Assembly (NCBI GenBank): GCA_965207475.1 | Contig: OZ242278.1 | Coordinates: forward strand, 8,454-72,453 | DNA: 64,000 nt | Direction: 5' to 3' | Origin: Gammaproteobacteria bacterium | GTDB lineage: Bacteria > Pseudomonadota > Gammaproteobacteria > UBA4575 | Part shown: piece by piece, positions 39,865-50,512 of the stretch | Numbering within the stretch: position 1 is the stretch's first letter | Layout of the letters: every line of letters starts with the position of its first letter | Made by a program: the position numbers and the translations under genes | Notes under the pieces: model-generated | The model's database searches: none | What the model saw: the letters and a program-made list of their open reading frames with translations, nothing else | What the model was told of the DNA's origin: nothing

Positions 39865-41007
39865 TCAGGAAATTGCCCGACCCCATGCTGCCATGAGTTT
39901 TCTGCGCCGTTCAAACAGGTCACTTCTTGCGTAGGCACCTTCCACGCCCCGAACGACATGCGCGAGGGCCGCTTCTGCCACCTCCCGAGGTTGACCTGAA
40001 TCTCCGCACCAGTCCCGGAACGTAGACCGAAACCCATGCGGTACGGCATCAATATCAAGTTCACGCAGCAACTTTGACAGGGTGCTGTCACTCAACACAC
40101 GGCCGGATATAGACGGGAATACCAAGCCGGTGCCATCTGCAAGTTTACGAGCCTTGACCAGTACTTTCAGTGCCTGTTTCGAAAGCGGCACACGGTGTTC
40201 ACGTTTTGTCTTCATGCGCGAAGCAGGAATAACCCAGATTTCGTTGTCAGTATCGATTTCGCTCCACTGTGTATGGCGCACTTCACCTGAGCGGCAGGCT
40301 GTAAGCACAAGAAACTCGAAAGCCAGAATGGTGGACGGATTTGCACAACTTGACCGCACCTTATCCAGTGCGTCCCTGACCTTTGCAAAGGGCAGGGCAC
40401 GCTGGTGTGTACGGACTATACCATTTTTGGGAAGCGCAGCCCCTATGGCCTCACCTGCAGGGTTGTCAGATCGAAAGCCTTCAGCAATTGCCCATTTCAT
40501 GACGGCACCAATGCGCTGACGCACGCGCCTAGCTGTTTCTCGCTTGGTGTTCCAGATTGGCAGCAGTACTGCCATTACATCATGCGTAGTGATATCTGAT
40601 ACAGGGTAATCTCCGAGTTTGTATATGGCGTAATCGCGAAGGCTTGCCCTCCACTGTTTCTCAGATTTGCCGCCATCTTTCCATCCTGCAGAATGGATGC
40701 TGATCACCGTTTCCACCGCTTCAGCAAACGTGGGTGTTTTCTGATGTTTTTTCAGAGCTAGAGGGTCGCCTCCCATGTGTATCAGTTCCCGGTTATTCGA
40801 TGCACGCTCACGCGCTTTGGCAAGGCTTATAAAAGGATAGCCTCCAAGCCCAAGCATGTGTGCCCTGCCACGGATAAAAAGACGCTGTATCCATTGCTTG
40901 CTCCCCGTAGGCTGGACACGTATATTGAGTGTAGGCATAGCTGCATCACTGTAAAATCCGGGCTTTGCAGTGCGTATAAACCGGTCTGTCAATACCCTTC
41001 TGCCCAT
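39865..41007 (-). CDS. P4-like tyrosine integrase with arm-binding domain
   Basis: LGLGGYPFISLAKAR, TACRSGE, RMKTKREHRVPLS, HGFRSTFRDW, LAH...AY; AGGAG RBS. Confidence 0.95.
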   Translation of the reverse strand: MGRRVLTDRFIRTAKPGFYSDAAMPTLNIRVQPTGSKQWIQRLFIRGRAHMLGLGGYPFISLAKARERASNNRELIHMGGDPLALKKHQKTPTFAEAVETVISIHSAGWKDGGKSEKQWRASLRDYAIYKLGDYPVSDITTHDVMAVLLPIWNTKRETARRVRQRIGAVMKWAIAEGFRSDNPAGEAIGAALPKNGIVRTHQRALPFAKVRDALDKVRSSCANPSTILAFEFLVLTACRSGEVRHTQWSEIDTDNEIWVIPASRMKTKREHRVPLSKQALKVLVKARKLADGTGLVFPSISGRVLSDSTLSKLLRELDIDAVPHGFRSTFRDWCGDSGQPREVAEAALAHVVRGVEGAYARSDLFERRRKLMAAWGRAIS

Positions 41008-41030
41008 GGTGTCTCCTAGCAAAAATTTTT

Positions 41031-41069
41031 TTGTATACACGGTATTTGTATACCAATTATGTATACAAA
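41031..41069. repeat. Three TGTATAC direct repeats, possible integrase arm-type sites
   Basis: TTGTATACAC, TTGTATACCA, ATGTATACAA between integrase start and att core. Confidence 0.5.
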
Positions 41070-41210
41070 TCAAGCCGGATTCAGGCAACATTTATAGGAA
41101 CATAAAAGCACATGGCGGATAGTTATAAAGCTCGTAACTGATTGAAAAGAAAGACCTTAGAAGTACATATGTGCAAATAGCGGAATCATATGGAGTTTAA
41201 CCTTGGCGTG

Positions 41211-41224
41211 CTCTCTCTCCGCCA
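41211..41224 (+). other. Putative attR core: tRNA-Ser-like 3' end CTCTCTCTCCGCCA
   Basis: CCA-ending tRNA-like 14-mer without tRNA body, about 200 nt from the integrase start and upstream of ffs-dnaX. Confidence 0.7.
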
Positions 41225-41552
41225 GAAAACGTTGAGTTGTAGACAAAGCACGTATCAGGACAGCCTCCTTGAGCGTAGTGTAGAAAGTACACCTGCAGCG
41301 GGTTTTGAAAACTTTTTTCCACATTTTCATCAGTACATTTTCTAAATGGCAGCTTGCCTCAAGCAGGGATTGAAGCTTTTAATTTTGGTGTGCAAACAGT
41401 GGCAAGAATAAATTAAATTCATGAGCAGGGTACGGTATCAGCCACCACATTTTGGATGACTAACATTCATTGGTGATCATTTCTATTAATGATGGTTTCC
41501 TGTATCACTATATGTATTTTAAAAAGCCATGTTGTTAGGTTATAGTCATAAT

Positions 41553-41665
<113 letters not shown>

Positions 41666-41703
41666 TTAGCTGCTGAAAGAGAGTATCCTGCACAGTTTTC
41701 ACG

Positions 41704-43284
41704 ATGAGTTATCAAGTCCTGGCCCGCAAATGGCGGCCAAAAAGATTTACTGAAGTAGTAGGTCAAGCTCATGTTGTGAAGGCCTTGACCAATGCCTTAG
41801 AGCAGCAACGACTGCATCACGCATACTTGTTTACAGGTACTCGTGGAGTTGGCAAAACCACTCTTGCACGTATTTTTGCCAAGTGTTTAAGCTGTGAACA
41901 AGGTGCAAGTGCCAATCCGTGTAGTACATGCAGTGCATGCCAGGAAATTGATGAAGGTCGATACATTGACCTTATAGAAGTGGATGCTGCCTCTCGTACA
42001 AAAGTAGAGGATACACGTGAGTTACTCGATAATGTGCAATATAGTCCGACCAGAGGGCGCTTCAAGGTTTATCTTATTGACGAAGTTCATATGCTATCTG
42101 GGCATAGCTTCAATGCATTACTCAAAACTTTGGAAGAGCCTCCACCACATGTAAAGTTTCTTCTGGCAACGACTGACCCCCAAAAATTACCAATTACTGT
42201 GTTGTCACGGTGTTTGCAGTTTAATTTAAAAAAACTGCTCAGTGACGCAATGGTTCAACAACTGGAAAATCTCATGCAGGCAGAAAACTTACCGTTTGAA
42301 AAACCTGCACTACTTTCGATAGCAAAGGCAGCAGATGGCAGTATGCGAGATGCATTGAGTCTGCTTGACCAGGCTATCGCCTACAGTGAAGAAAATGTGA
42401 CCGAGATCGCGGTTCAAGACATGCTAGGAACTGTTCCAAGGGAAAATTTGTACAACCTGATGCAGGCATTGGTTGATGAGGATGCCTCCAGGGTCATGGC
42501 ATGTACACATGAATTGGCACAATTATCTGCAGATTTCAGCGGTCTATTTGAAGACATCATTGATATTCTCCATCAAACTGCAATCATCCAGGCCTTGCAG
42601 CGTCCTGCAGATTGCGTAGGGTTTGATGAGGCTTTAGTAGACCAGTTGGGCAAACGTTTAAGTCCTGAAGACGTGCAGTTGTTTTATCAGATTGCACTGA
42701 TTGGCAGACGTGATATGAATCTTTCAACATCACCGCAAAGCGCCCTGGAAATGACGTTATTGCGTATGCTCGCATTCAGGCCGGTTGATCAAGTCTCTAC
42801 CAAGCCAGAAAAGGTCAGTGAACGCGATGAGTCGGTGAAGCATGAATTTCCCACAAAAGCTGAACATGTGGTCAATGCTACAGTGCAAGACCTTGCAAAC
42901 GGTGAGGGATGGTCAAAGGTAGCTGAAGCTTTAAATCTAAAAGGTGCAGCTTATGAACTGGCTGTTCGTTGCAGCGTAAACAAGGTTATAGGCAATCAAA
43001 TTGAGCTTGTTCTTTCGAAAGAGCACGAGAGCATCGCGGCAGAAGGTACCTGTAGAAAACTGGAACAGGCTCTACAGGCCTACTTTGGTCAAAAAGAGAT
43101 CAGGGTAAGTCTTGAACTGACTTCTGATGATATCGACACCCCGGCTAACAAGAAAGATCAAATGATGAAGCAGAGACAGCGATTAGCCGAAAAATACGTT
43201 GAAGAAGATGAAACAATCAGAGAACTTAAGCTGAGTTTTGGTGCTCAGATTGTTCCTGGTTCAGTGAAGCCTATTGGAGAATAG
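41704..43284 (+). CDS. dnaX: DNA polymerase III subunit gamma/tau
   Basis: MSYQVLARKWRP, GTRGVGKTT, IDEVHML. Confidence 0.98.
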   Translation: MSYQVLARKWRPKRFTEVVGQAHVVKALTNALEQQRLHHAYLFTGTRGVGKTTLARIFAKCLSCEQGASANPCSTCSACQEIDEGRYIDLIEVDAASRTKVEDTRELLDNVQYSPTRGRFKVYLIDEVHMLSGHSFNALLKTLEEPPPHVKFLLATTDPQKLPITVLSRCLQFNLKKLLSDAMVQQLENLMQAENLPFEKPALLSIAKAADGSMRDALSLLDQAIAYSEENVTEIAVQDMLGTVPRENLYNLMQALVDEDASRVMACTHELAQLSADFSGLFEDIIDILHQTAIIQALQRPADCVGFDEALVDQLGKRLSPEDVQLFYQIALIGRRDMNLSTSPQSALEMTLLRMLAFRPVDQVSTKPEKVSERDESVKHEFPTKAEHVVNATVQDLANGEGWSKVAEALNLKGAAYELAVRCSVNKVIGNQIELVLSKEHESIAAEGTCRKLEQALQAYFGQKEIRVSLELTSDDIDTPANKKDQMMKQRQRLAEKYVEEDETIRELKLSFGAQIVPGSVKPIGE

Positions 43285-43286
43285 AT

Positions 43287-43613
43287 ATGACGCAAGGTGG
43301 GTTAGGGAACCTGATGAAGCAGGCCCAAAAAATTCAACAAGACATGAAGAAAGCGCAGGAAGAGTTGAAAAACCTCGAAGTTGAAGGACAAGCTGGAGGT
43401 GGACTGGTAAAAATAGTCATGACAGGTAAGCATGAGGTGCGCAAGGTATGTATAGAAGACAGCCTACTGGGAGAGGATAGGGACATGCTTGAGGATTTAG
43501 TAGCCGCAGCTATCAACGACGCATCAAATAAAGTGGAGCAGTTGACAAAAGATCAGCTTTCAAGTTTGACAGGTGGTTTGAATTTGCCTGCCGGGCTTAA
43601 GATACCATTTTAG
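43287..43613 (+). CDS. ybaB: Nucleoid-associated protein YbaB/EbfC
   Basis: [28 protein letters not shown]. Confidence 0.96.
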   Translation: MTQGGLGNLMKQAQKIQQDMKKAQEELKNLEVEGQAGGGLVKIVMTGKHEVRKVCIEDSLLGEDRDMLEDLVAAAINDASNKVEQLTKDQLSSLTGGLNLPAGLKIPF

Positions 43614-43618
43614 GCCAT

Positions 43619-44239
43619 ATGTCAAAAATTCAATATGGTGACAAGTCATCCTTGTCACTGCTTGATGCATTGGTTGAATCACTGAAATGTTTACCTGGTG
43701 TAGGGCCGAAGTCTGCACAACGCATGGCCTTTCACTTGTTACAGCGCGACCGGGATGGTGCTAAAATATTGGCGCACACTTTAAATCGGGCGATTAGAGA
43801 TATTGGCCACTGTAAGTCCTGCCGTATCTTGACTGAGCAGGAATACTGTTCAATATGCCTGGATGATTCACGGGTTCGTACAAAAATATGTGTTGTTGAA
43901 AATCCAGCAGATGTTTTGGCGATTGAGAAAAGCACTGATTACAAAGGTGTATACTTCGTGCTCATGGGTCGCCTGTCTCCTCTTGATGGTATCGGACCCC
44001 AAGAATTAGGTCTCAATGTTCTTGAAGGCCGCCTGAAGAGTGACGCAGTTGATGAACTGATTCTGGCCACTAACTCTACAGTTGAGGGAGAAGTCACTGC
44101 TCATGTTCTGAGTGAAATGGCAAGCAGGCATCGAATACAGACGACACGTCTGGCACAAGGCGTGCCTGTAGGAGGAGAACTGGAATTTGTGGATCAAAAT
44201 ACGATTGCACAAGCATTTGCAGGAAGAAAAAGCTACTAG
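43619..44239 (+). CDS. recR: Recombination protein RecR
   Basis: [15 protein letters not shown]4 zinc finger, Toprim. Confidence 0.97.
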   Translation: MSKIQYGDKSSLSLLDALVESLKCLPGVGPKSAQRMAFHLLQRDRDGAKILAHTLNRAIRDIGHCKSCRILTEQEYCSICLDDSRVRTKICVVENPADVLAIEKSTDYKGVYFVLMGRLSPLDGIGPQELGLNVLEGRLKSDAVDELILATNSTVEGEVTAHVLSEMASRHRIQTTRLAQGVPVGGELEFVDQNTIAQAFAGRKSY

Positions 44240-44382
44240 AATCACAAATCTTGTTACTCTTTGATGCGGGGGTGATCACTGCCTATACAGTGAATGTAGT
44301 GAAAGGACCTCATTTGTCATGGGTGGCGATGCTTATCATTGCCTTGTAGTCAGGCTGGGAATGAAATGGGCAAGGGAAGTAC

Positions 44383-44925
44383 ATGAGCGCTGGCAATTTG
44401 ATTTGGATAGACTTAGAAATGACAGGTCTTGATCCGTTCAAAGATCGCATAATTGAAATTGCAGTCGTGGTTACTGATAAGGACCTGGAGGAAATTGCTG
44501 TGGGGCCCGTGTTTGCAATCCATCAGGAAGCTTCTGTAATGGATGCCATGGATGATTGGAATACGAAGCAACATGCCCAGTCAGGGCTTACCCAGAGGGT
44601 GAGTGAAAGCAGTGTTAGCGAACGAGAGGCTGAGGTCGCGGTTTTAAATTTTATTCGCCAGCATGTTCCAAGTAATCATTCACCAATGTGTGGCAATAGC
44701 ATATGCCAGGATCGGCGGTTTTTAGCGCGTTTGATGCCTGAATTGGAAAGCTATTTTCACTACCGTAATCTTGATGTCAGCACACTCAAAGAGCTAGCCC
44801 GACGCTGGTACCCCGACTTGAAGGGTTTTGAGAAAGAATCCAAGCACCTCGCGCTTTCTGATATTCGTAATTCCATCGAAGAGCTAAAACACTACCGTAA
44901 ACATCTGTTAAGAAGTAGTGTATAG
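44383..44925 (+). CDS. orn: Oligoribonuclease
   Basis: [33 protein letters not shown]. Confidence 0.97.
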   Translation: MSAGNLIWIDLEMTGLDPFKDRIIEIAVVVTDKDLEEIAVGPVFAIHQEASVMDAMDDWNTKQHAQSGLTQRVSESSVSEREAEVAVLNFIRQHVPSNHSPMCGNSICQDRRFLARLMPELESYFHYRNLDVSTLKELARRWYPDLKGFEKESKHLALSDIRNSIEELKHYRKHLLRSSV

Positions 44926-44933
44926 AAAGGGCT

Positions 44934-46580
44934 TCAGGATACCTTTTGCATTGGTTCCACTTTTTGGTGCTTTGTAGCTAGGTTTAACACCGTATCGATG
45001 TGTTCCAGTTGGGGGTCTGTATCTGGATAATCAAATGTGTAGTGAAGTCCACGACTTTCTTTTCTAGATAATGCACTTCTGATAATTATATCCGCGACTA
45101 GCGTAATATTTCTCAACTCGATCAAGTCACGGCTTACTCGGAAGTTGCTGTAATACTCATCAATTTCCGAGATTAGCAAATCAACCCGATGCTTTGCGCG
45201 CTGTAGCCGTTTGGTTGTCCGCACAATACCCACATAATCCCACATGAATCTTCGCAACTCGTCCCAGTTGTGAGCAACAACGATTTCCTCGTCAGGTTCA
45301 GTTACACGGCTTTCGTCCCAGGGCGGGATATCAAGGTTTGATGTTTCGGGAAGGCTTCTGGTGTTGATGTCTATACTTGCCAAGTTGGCAAATACTAAAC
45401 ACTCAAGCAGTGAATTGCTCGCCATTCTATTCGCCCCATGCAAGCCAGTATGGCTGGTTTCGCCAATCGCATATAGAAATTTGACATCTGTTCGGCCGTA
45501 CAGGTTCGTCATGACCCCCCCACAAGTGTAATGTGCTGCCGGTACAACGGGCACAGGCTCTTTGGTCATGTCATATCCTGATTTGAGACAGCGTGCATAT
45601 ACATTGGGGAAATGCCCTTCTATAAACTTTTTCGGCTTGTGGCTGATATCGATGTATACACAGTCAATACCTAGTTTCTTCATTTTGTGATCGATGGCTC
45701 TGGCTACAATGTCCCGAGGTGCGAGCACACCGCGTGGGTCAAATTCATGCATAAATTCTGAACCGTCAGGTAGCAGGAGTTTTCCGCCCTCTCCACGGAT
45801 ACTTTCAGTGATGAGGTATGATTTTGCATCAGGGTGATACAGGCAGGTAGGGTGAAACTGAATGAATTCCATATTTGCTATTCGACAGCCCGCACGCCAG
45901 GCCATGGCTATGCCGTCTCCTGATGCCCCGTCAGGATTACTTGTATAAAGGTAAACCTTACCTGCTCCGCCCGTTGCGAGTACCGTGTATTTAGCTTTGA
46001 ATGTGTCTATATGCTGTTTTTTAGTATTCAGCACGTATGCTCCAACACACTGATTGCCTGATTCAGAAATTTGGTTTTGGGCAAGCTTATTCGTTGTAAC
46101 CAGATCGACAGTTATGTGATGCTCAAAAATGCTGATATGTTCTTGCTCGGATGCATGCCTGATTAGTTCATTTTGTATGGCCCATCCCGTCGCATCTGCT
46201 GCATGCACGATCCTGCGCTGGGTATGCCCACCTTCTTGAGTTAAGTGCAGATAGGATTTTCCAGCCGAATCAGTTTCACGCGTGAATTGTATGCCTAGAT
46301 CAGTCAGCCAAGAGACCATTTCTCTGCCATAAGATGCTGTGTGATACACTACCTCTTCATCACAGAGTCCAGCACCGGCGTCTATAGTATCCGCAACATG
46401 CAGGTCTATCGAATCTTCTTCATCAATTACGGCAGACATACCACCCTGTGCCCAAGCAGTACTACCTGCATCCAGGGAACCTTTGGAAAGTACAGCGATC
46501 TTTAGCCTTGGGTCAATGCGTAGTGCCAAGCTTAATCCTGCTGCTCCACTGCCAATAATCAAAACGTCAAATTCATGCAT
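44934..46580 (-). CDS. nadB: L-aspartate oxidase
   Basis: [31 protein letters not shown]; divergent from rpoE. Confidence 0.97.
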   Translation of the reverse strand: MHEFDVLIIGSGAAGLSLALRIDPRLKIAVLSKGSLDAGSTAWAQGGMSAVIDEEDSIDLHVADTIDAGAGLCDEEVVYHTASYGREMVSWLTDLGIQFTRETDSAGKSYLHLTQEGGHTQRRIVHAADATGWAIQNELIRHASEQEHISIFEHHITVDLVTTNKLAQNQISESGNQCVGAYVLNTKKQHIDTFKAKYTVLATGGAGKVYLYTSNPDGASGDGIAMAWRAGCRIANMEFIQFHPTCLYHPDAKSYLITESIRGEGGKLLLPDGSEFMHEFDPRGVLAPRDIVARAIDHKMKKLGIDCVYIDISHKPKKFIEGHFPNVYARCLKSGYDMTKEPVPVVPAAHYTCGGVMTNLYGRTDVKFLYAIGETSHTGLHGANRMASNSLLECLVFANLASIDINTRSLPETSNLDIPPWDESRVTEPDEEIVVAHNWDELRRFMWDYVGIVRTTKRLQRAKHRVDLLISEIDEYYSNFRVSRDLIELRNITLVADIIIRSALSRKESRGLHYTFDYPDTDPQLEHIDTVLNLATKHQKVEPMQKVS

Positions 46581-46693
46581 TGCTAAAGAAAATTTGGGGT
46601 TGTTCTCGGTGAAATAGTGCCAAAATTTGATCTATTCAGTTTAGCAAATCTTTACTTCATGACATCTAAAGAAAAACTAAATGTACTTGAAAA

Positions 46694-46720
46694 GAACTCT
46701 TATATCTTAAAATTGTCTTA
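46694..46720 (+). promoter_or_regulatory. Putative sigmaE-dependent promoter of rpoE (GAACTC-N16-TCTTA)
   Basis: Matches sigmaE consensus spacing upstream of rpoE. Confidence 0.5.
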
Positions 46721-46769
46721 TAGCTACGGCGACAGCTATGGATAGCAGAAATACAGGGGCCAGGCCTAA

Positions 46770-47342
46770 ATGGACACAAGTGATAATGATAAAGAACTTG
46801 TAAAGAGAGCCAAGCAAGGAGATAGGGCGGCTTTCGATGCGCTGGTAACCAAGTATCAATATAGAGTCATTAATCTGGTTGGGCGATTTGTAAAAGATGA
46901 AGATGAGGCTCAGGATGTTGCGCAAGAGGCATTCATCAAGGCTTACAGAGGGCTGGCAAACTTTAGAGGTGACAGCACATTCTATACATGGCTGTATCAG
47001 GTTGTGATTAATTCTGCTAAGAATTATATAGTATCCAAGAGTCGTAAGACTCCACCCAGGGCAATTGACGTAGAAGAGGCAGAGCACATGGGTGCAGCTT
47101 CTATGAAAGAGTTGGATACACCCGAAGGGCATATGCTGACTGAAGAGATAGAAAGAGTGGTCTGGCAGGCTATTCAGGAGCTTCAGGAAGATTTAAAGAC
47201 GGCTATTACTCTGCGCGAAATAGACGGAATGACTTATGAAGAAATAGCTAGTGTAATGGATTGTCCGGTCGGGACAGTCAGATCGAGGATCTTTCGGGCA
47301 CGTGCAGCCATAGATAAATATCTCAAACCACTTTTGTACTGA
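46770..47342 (+). CDS. rpoE: RNA polymerase sigma factor RpoE/AlgU
   Basis: DVAQEAFIKAY, FRGDSTFYTWLY, CPVGTVRSRIFRAR. Confidence 0.97.
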   Translation: MDTSDNDKELVKRAKQGDRAAFDALVTKYQYRVINLVGRFVKDEDEAQDVAQEAFIKAYRGLANFRGDSTFYTWLYQVVINSAKNYIVSKSRKTPPRAIDVEEAEHMGAASMKELDTPEGHMLTEEIERVVWQAIQELQEDLKTAITLREIDGMTYEEIASVMDCPVGTVRSRIFRARAAIDKYLKPLLY

Positions 47343-47362
47343 TTACATGGGGAGATAAAATC

Positions 47363-47917
47363 ATGAGGGAAGCAGACCAAGAACTCATATCCAGAATACT
47401 GGATGAGAATATCTCCGAGCTTGAAACCAGGCGAATTTTAAAAGTAGTCAAGCAGAATCCCGAAGCATACACGATGTTTCAACGTTACAGTCTCATCGGG
47501 CATGCCATGCGTGGAGAATTGCCTGCTAGGTTAAATCAGGATTTCAACAAGGACGTGATGAACCGGTTGATTTCCAAGCATGATGCCAAAGAAAATGTTG
47601 ACGTTAGCAGGCATCGGAATAAGGTAAGGCTATCTGTGGCCTTGGGAGTCATAGCCATGTTTACCGCGCTTTTCTTTATAACAGCGCAGAATTTGGTGCA
47701 ACATGATCTGAATGGAGTTGCTCCTTCATTGGATACACTTGCTGAGCAAGAGAGTGATGAAATACGGCAGGATTTCATCTTGAATCCAAAGGCTGCAGAA
47801 GACTTTAACAGTTATATTGTTAACCATGCGGAATATGCCTCGCCGCGTGTATCCATTCCACATGTGAGAATTGTGAGTGATAACCGGGGCTATCATCTAG
47901 AGCATAGTGATCAATAA
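47363..47917 (+). CDS. rseA: Anti-sigma factor RseA/MucA
   Basis: RYSLIGHAMRGE, central TM, YIVNHAEY; synteny. Confidence 0.85.
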   Translation: MREADQELISRILDENISELETRRILKVVKQNPEAYTMFQRYSLIGHAMRGELPARLNQDFNKDVMNRLISKHDAKENVDVSRHRNKVRLSVALGVIAMFTALFFITAQNLVQHDLNGVAPSLDTLAEQESDEIRQDFILNPKAAEDFNSYIVNHAEYASPRVSIPHVRIVSDNRGYHLEHSDQ

Positions 47918-48888
47918 TGATGTTCGTGATTAGAGTATTGTTGGTTTTTTTGCTGACTAGCGGCACGTTTTCTTCTGTTTCCGCAGAAAACAAGATGTGG
48001 AAGCTATTGGGAGATATGAATCATGCACTGGAGACGAGCAATTACCAGGGTACATTTGTATTTATTCATGACGGAATTGTCGAGGCCATGAGAATTGTAC
48101 ATGGTTATACCGATTATGGAGTCAGAGAGAAACTAGTTTCGCTGACTGGTGATGCGCGAGAAGTGATTCGGGATAAGGATTTGCTTACATGCATATTGCC
48201 TAAGGATAAGCTGGTTGTGATTGAGACTGCTAGGGCAGGTCATGGCTTGCCATCTGTCCTGCTGGAAAATCTGGATCAGCTGGCAATTCGTTATCAACTT
48301 GAGGAAGCAGGCTCAGACCGCATTGCCGGATTCAGTTGTAAAATTGTACGGTTTGACCCCATGGATGCGTACCGTTATGGCCACGAATTATGTATCAATA
48401 CTGAAACCGGGATGCTGCTTAAGTCCAGAACTTTTGACGTTGAAGGTGAAACGATAGAAAGCATGATGTTTACCAGTTTCCGTATGTTGGACCATGTTCC
48501 TGATTCAGCATTTGAGCACAGTACATCCCTTGAGGATTATACCTGGAAGACTGTGGGGGCTAGTTTGAACGGGAAAATGCAGCCAGATCGTGCGTGGAAG
48601 ATACGCAATCTGCCGCCAGGATTTTCACTGAGTAGTGTGACACAACGCCTGATGAGTGCAAGCCGAAATCCTGTACAACATATTGTACTGACGGATGGTT
48701 TGGTATCTGTTTCTGTATTCATAAGTAAGGTGGAAGATCCCAAGCATATTTATCACGGTGCGCACAACAGAGGTGTCATCAACGTCTATGCGCGTGATTT
48801 AAACCGTCACCAGATTACTGTTATTGGAGAAGTTCCTAAAGACACTGTAATAAGTATTGGTGAGTCGGTTTTTTATTCAGACCAGTAG
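47917..48888 (+). CDS. rseB: RseB/MucB periplasmic regulator
   Basis: NYQGTFV, EKLVSLTG.ARE, DGLVSVSVF, ITVIGEVP. Confidence 0.92.
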   Translation: MMFVIRVLLVFLLTSGTFSSVSAENKMWKLLGDMNHALETSNYQGTFVFIHDGIVEAMRIVHGYTDYGVREKLVSLTGDAREVIRDKDLLTCILPKDKLVVIETARAGHGLPSVLLENLDQLAIRYQLEEAGSDRIAGFSCKIVRFDPMDAYRYGHELCINTETGMLLKSRTFDVEGETIESMMFTSFRMLDHVPDSAFEHSTSLEDYTWKTVGASLNGKMQPDRAWKIRNLPPGFSLSSVTQRLMSASRNPVQHIVLTDGLVSVSVFISKVEDPKHIYHGAHNRGVINVYARDLNRHQITVIGEVPKDTVISIGESVFYSDQ

Positions 48889-48965
48889 CGTATTTGCAAT
48901 CGCGACAATCTGGTTTTTGCGAATACTCTTCAAATTTTCTTGTTGGCTACAGGAGTCAAGTTGCG

Positions 48966-50438
48966 ATGATTCATTTTTTTGAAAAACACACATTTCAGAT
49001 GCTGAAAGAGCATCGGATCAGGAGTATGTTTCTTGGTTATCTGGTGGGGCAGCTAATTCTGGTTGCTGTGCCTGCTCATGCCCGCTACAGCCTGCCTGAC
49101 TTTACGGAGCTTGTTGAAGAAACCGCTGGTGCTGTAGTCAATATCAGCACGAGCAAGCCAGTCAAGGCTCAAGGTGGTCTGCCGCCAGGAATGGAAATCC
49201 CAGAGCACTATAGAGATACTCCGTTCGGTGATTTTTTCCATCGGTTTTTTGGTGAACCTGAGGAAAATGACGACAGGTATTTTAACTCACGTTCTCTGGG
49301 ATCAGGATTTATCATTTCAGACGATGGTTATGTAATTACAAACTATCATGTCATAAAAGGTGCAGATGAAATTATCGTGAAGCTGAGTGACCGTAGGCAA
49401 TTCGTTGCCGAGCTTGTCGGGAGTGATCCTCGAAGTGATATTGCATTGCTGAAATTGGATGCGACTGGACTGCCTGCTGTACAGCTTGGGTCCTCTGAAA
49501 GTGTAAAGGTAGGTCAGTGGGTATTGGCAATTGGTTCCCCGTTCGGTTTTGATGCGTCAGTCACTGCAGGAATCGTAAGTGCTAAAGGGCGCAGCTTGCC
49601 AAGTGAAAATTATGTTCCCTTCATCCAAACAGATGTAGCCATCAACCCAGGAAATTCCGGCAGCCCATTATTTGATCTTGACGGGCATGTCGTTGGCATC
49701 AATTCCCAGATTTACACTCGTTCAGGTGGCTTCATGGGCCTTTCATTTGCAATTCCAATAGAAGTTGCAGTCGATGTTGTCAATCAGCTCAAGGAGCATG
49801 GTCATGTATCCAGAGGGTGGCTCGGAGTTTATATACAGGAAGTTACTATGGAGCTTGCCGAGTCATTTGGTATGGATAAACCAGCAGGTGCCCTGGTTGC
49901 AAAGGTCTTGCCAAACAGTCCTGCAGAGGGAACTGATATTGAAGTCGGAGACATTATTTTGGATTTCAATGGTGAGGACGTGAAAAACTCTGCAGCTTTA
50001 CCACCTATGGTGGGTCAGACAAAAGCTGGAGAGACAGTAAGATTGAGAGTCATGCGAGATGGCAAAACCAGGGTCGTCAAGTTGAAGGTTGGTAAGTTGC
50101 CAGATAAGGACAAGATTCTCATGAGCGGGCCGAATGAACTCGAGGAGCCCGAAGATACTGTACTCGGTCTATCATTGAGAGCACTTACTGAAGATGAAAT
50201 CAAGGCGATGAAGCTGGAAGCTGGTGGTCTCGTGGTTCTCGACGTACAAGGGGATTCGGCACGATCCGCCAGGATTCGTAATGGTGATGTGATCCAGATG
50301 GTCAACGGAAAGCCTGTCAGCACAGTTAGTGATATCAAAAAGCTGGTAGAAGGATTGCCGCCCGGCAAGTTTGTATCACTTCTCTTACAGCGTCCACATG
50401 GCCCGGAGTTTTTAGCCATGCGTGTTCCCGAGCAATAA
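48966..50438 (+). CDS. mucD: DegP/MucD family serine endoprotease with two PDZ domains
   Basis: [34 protein letters not shown]; start uncertain. Confidence 0.92.
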   Translation: MIHFFEKHTFQMLKEHRIRSMFLGYLVGQLILVAVPAHARYSLPDFTELVEETAGAVVNISTSKPVKAQGGLPPGMEIPEHYRDTPFGDFFHRFFGEPEENDDRYFNSRSLGSGFIISDDGYVITNYHVIKGADEIIVKLSDRRQFVAELVGSDPRSDIALLKLDATGLPAVQLGSSESVKVGQWVLAIGSPFGFDASVTAGIVSAKGRSLPSENYVPFIQTDVAINPGNSGSPLFDLDGHVVGINSQIYTRSGGFMGLSFAIPIEVAVDVVNQLKEHGHVSRGWLGVYIQEVTMELAESFGMDKPAGALVAKVLPNSPAEGTDIEVGDIILDFNGEDVKNSAALPPMVGQTKAGETVRLRVMRDGKTRVVKLKVGKLPDKDKILMSGPNELEEPEDTVLGLSLRALTEDEIKAMKLEAGGLVVLDVQGDSARSARIRNGDVIQMVNGKPVSTVSDIKKLVEGLPPGKFVSLLLQRPHGPEFLAMRVPEQ

Positions 50439-50512
50439 GAATACGCGATTACAGCATTTGTATCCTTGAGGCAACTTTAGCAACAGGATTTATTCGCACG
50501 GCCGGGTGGCAT

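Larger units (their letters stand above)
1..41224. mobile_element. Right portion of a PFGI-1/pKLC102-like integrative conjugative element (left end outside window)
   Basis: ICE conjugation gene block at 1-4836, mosaic cargo, tyrosine integrase 39865-41007, tRNA-3'-end-like att at 41211-41224, abrupt switch to housekeeping genes (ffs, dnaX) afterwards. Confidence 0.85.

Noticed and set aside
39470-39934. ORFs with VAPLRARGLK repeats
   Set aside because: Translation of the I-C repeats
37848-41007. CRISPR-associated transposon or Cas-guided integrase
   Set aside because: No tnsABC/tniQ or Cascade genes; the integrase is an ordinary P4-type enzyme with a tRNA-like att
41161-41224. Full tRNA gene
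   Set aside because: Only the 3' 14 nt are present; no D, anticodon or T arm
49650-49670. GNSGSPL instead of GNSGGPL in MucD
   Set aside because: Catalytic Ser, His and Asp regions are retained; single substitution not informative
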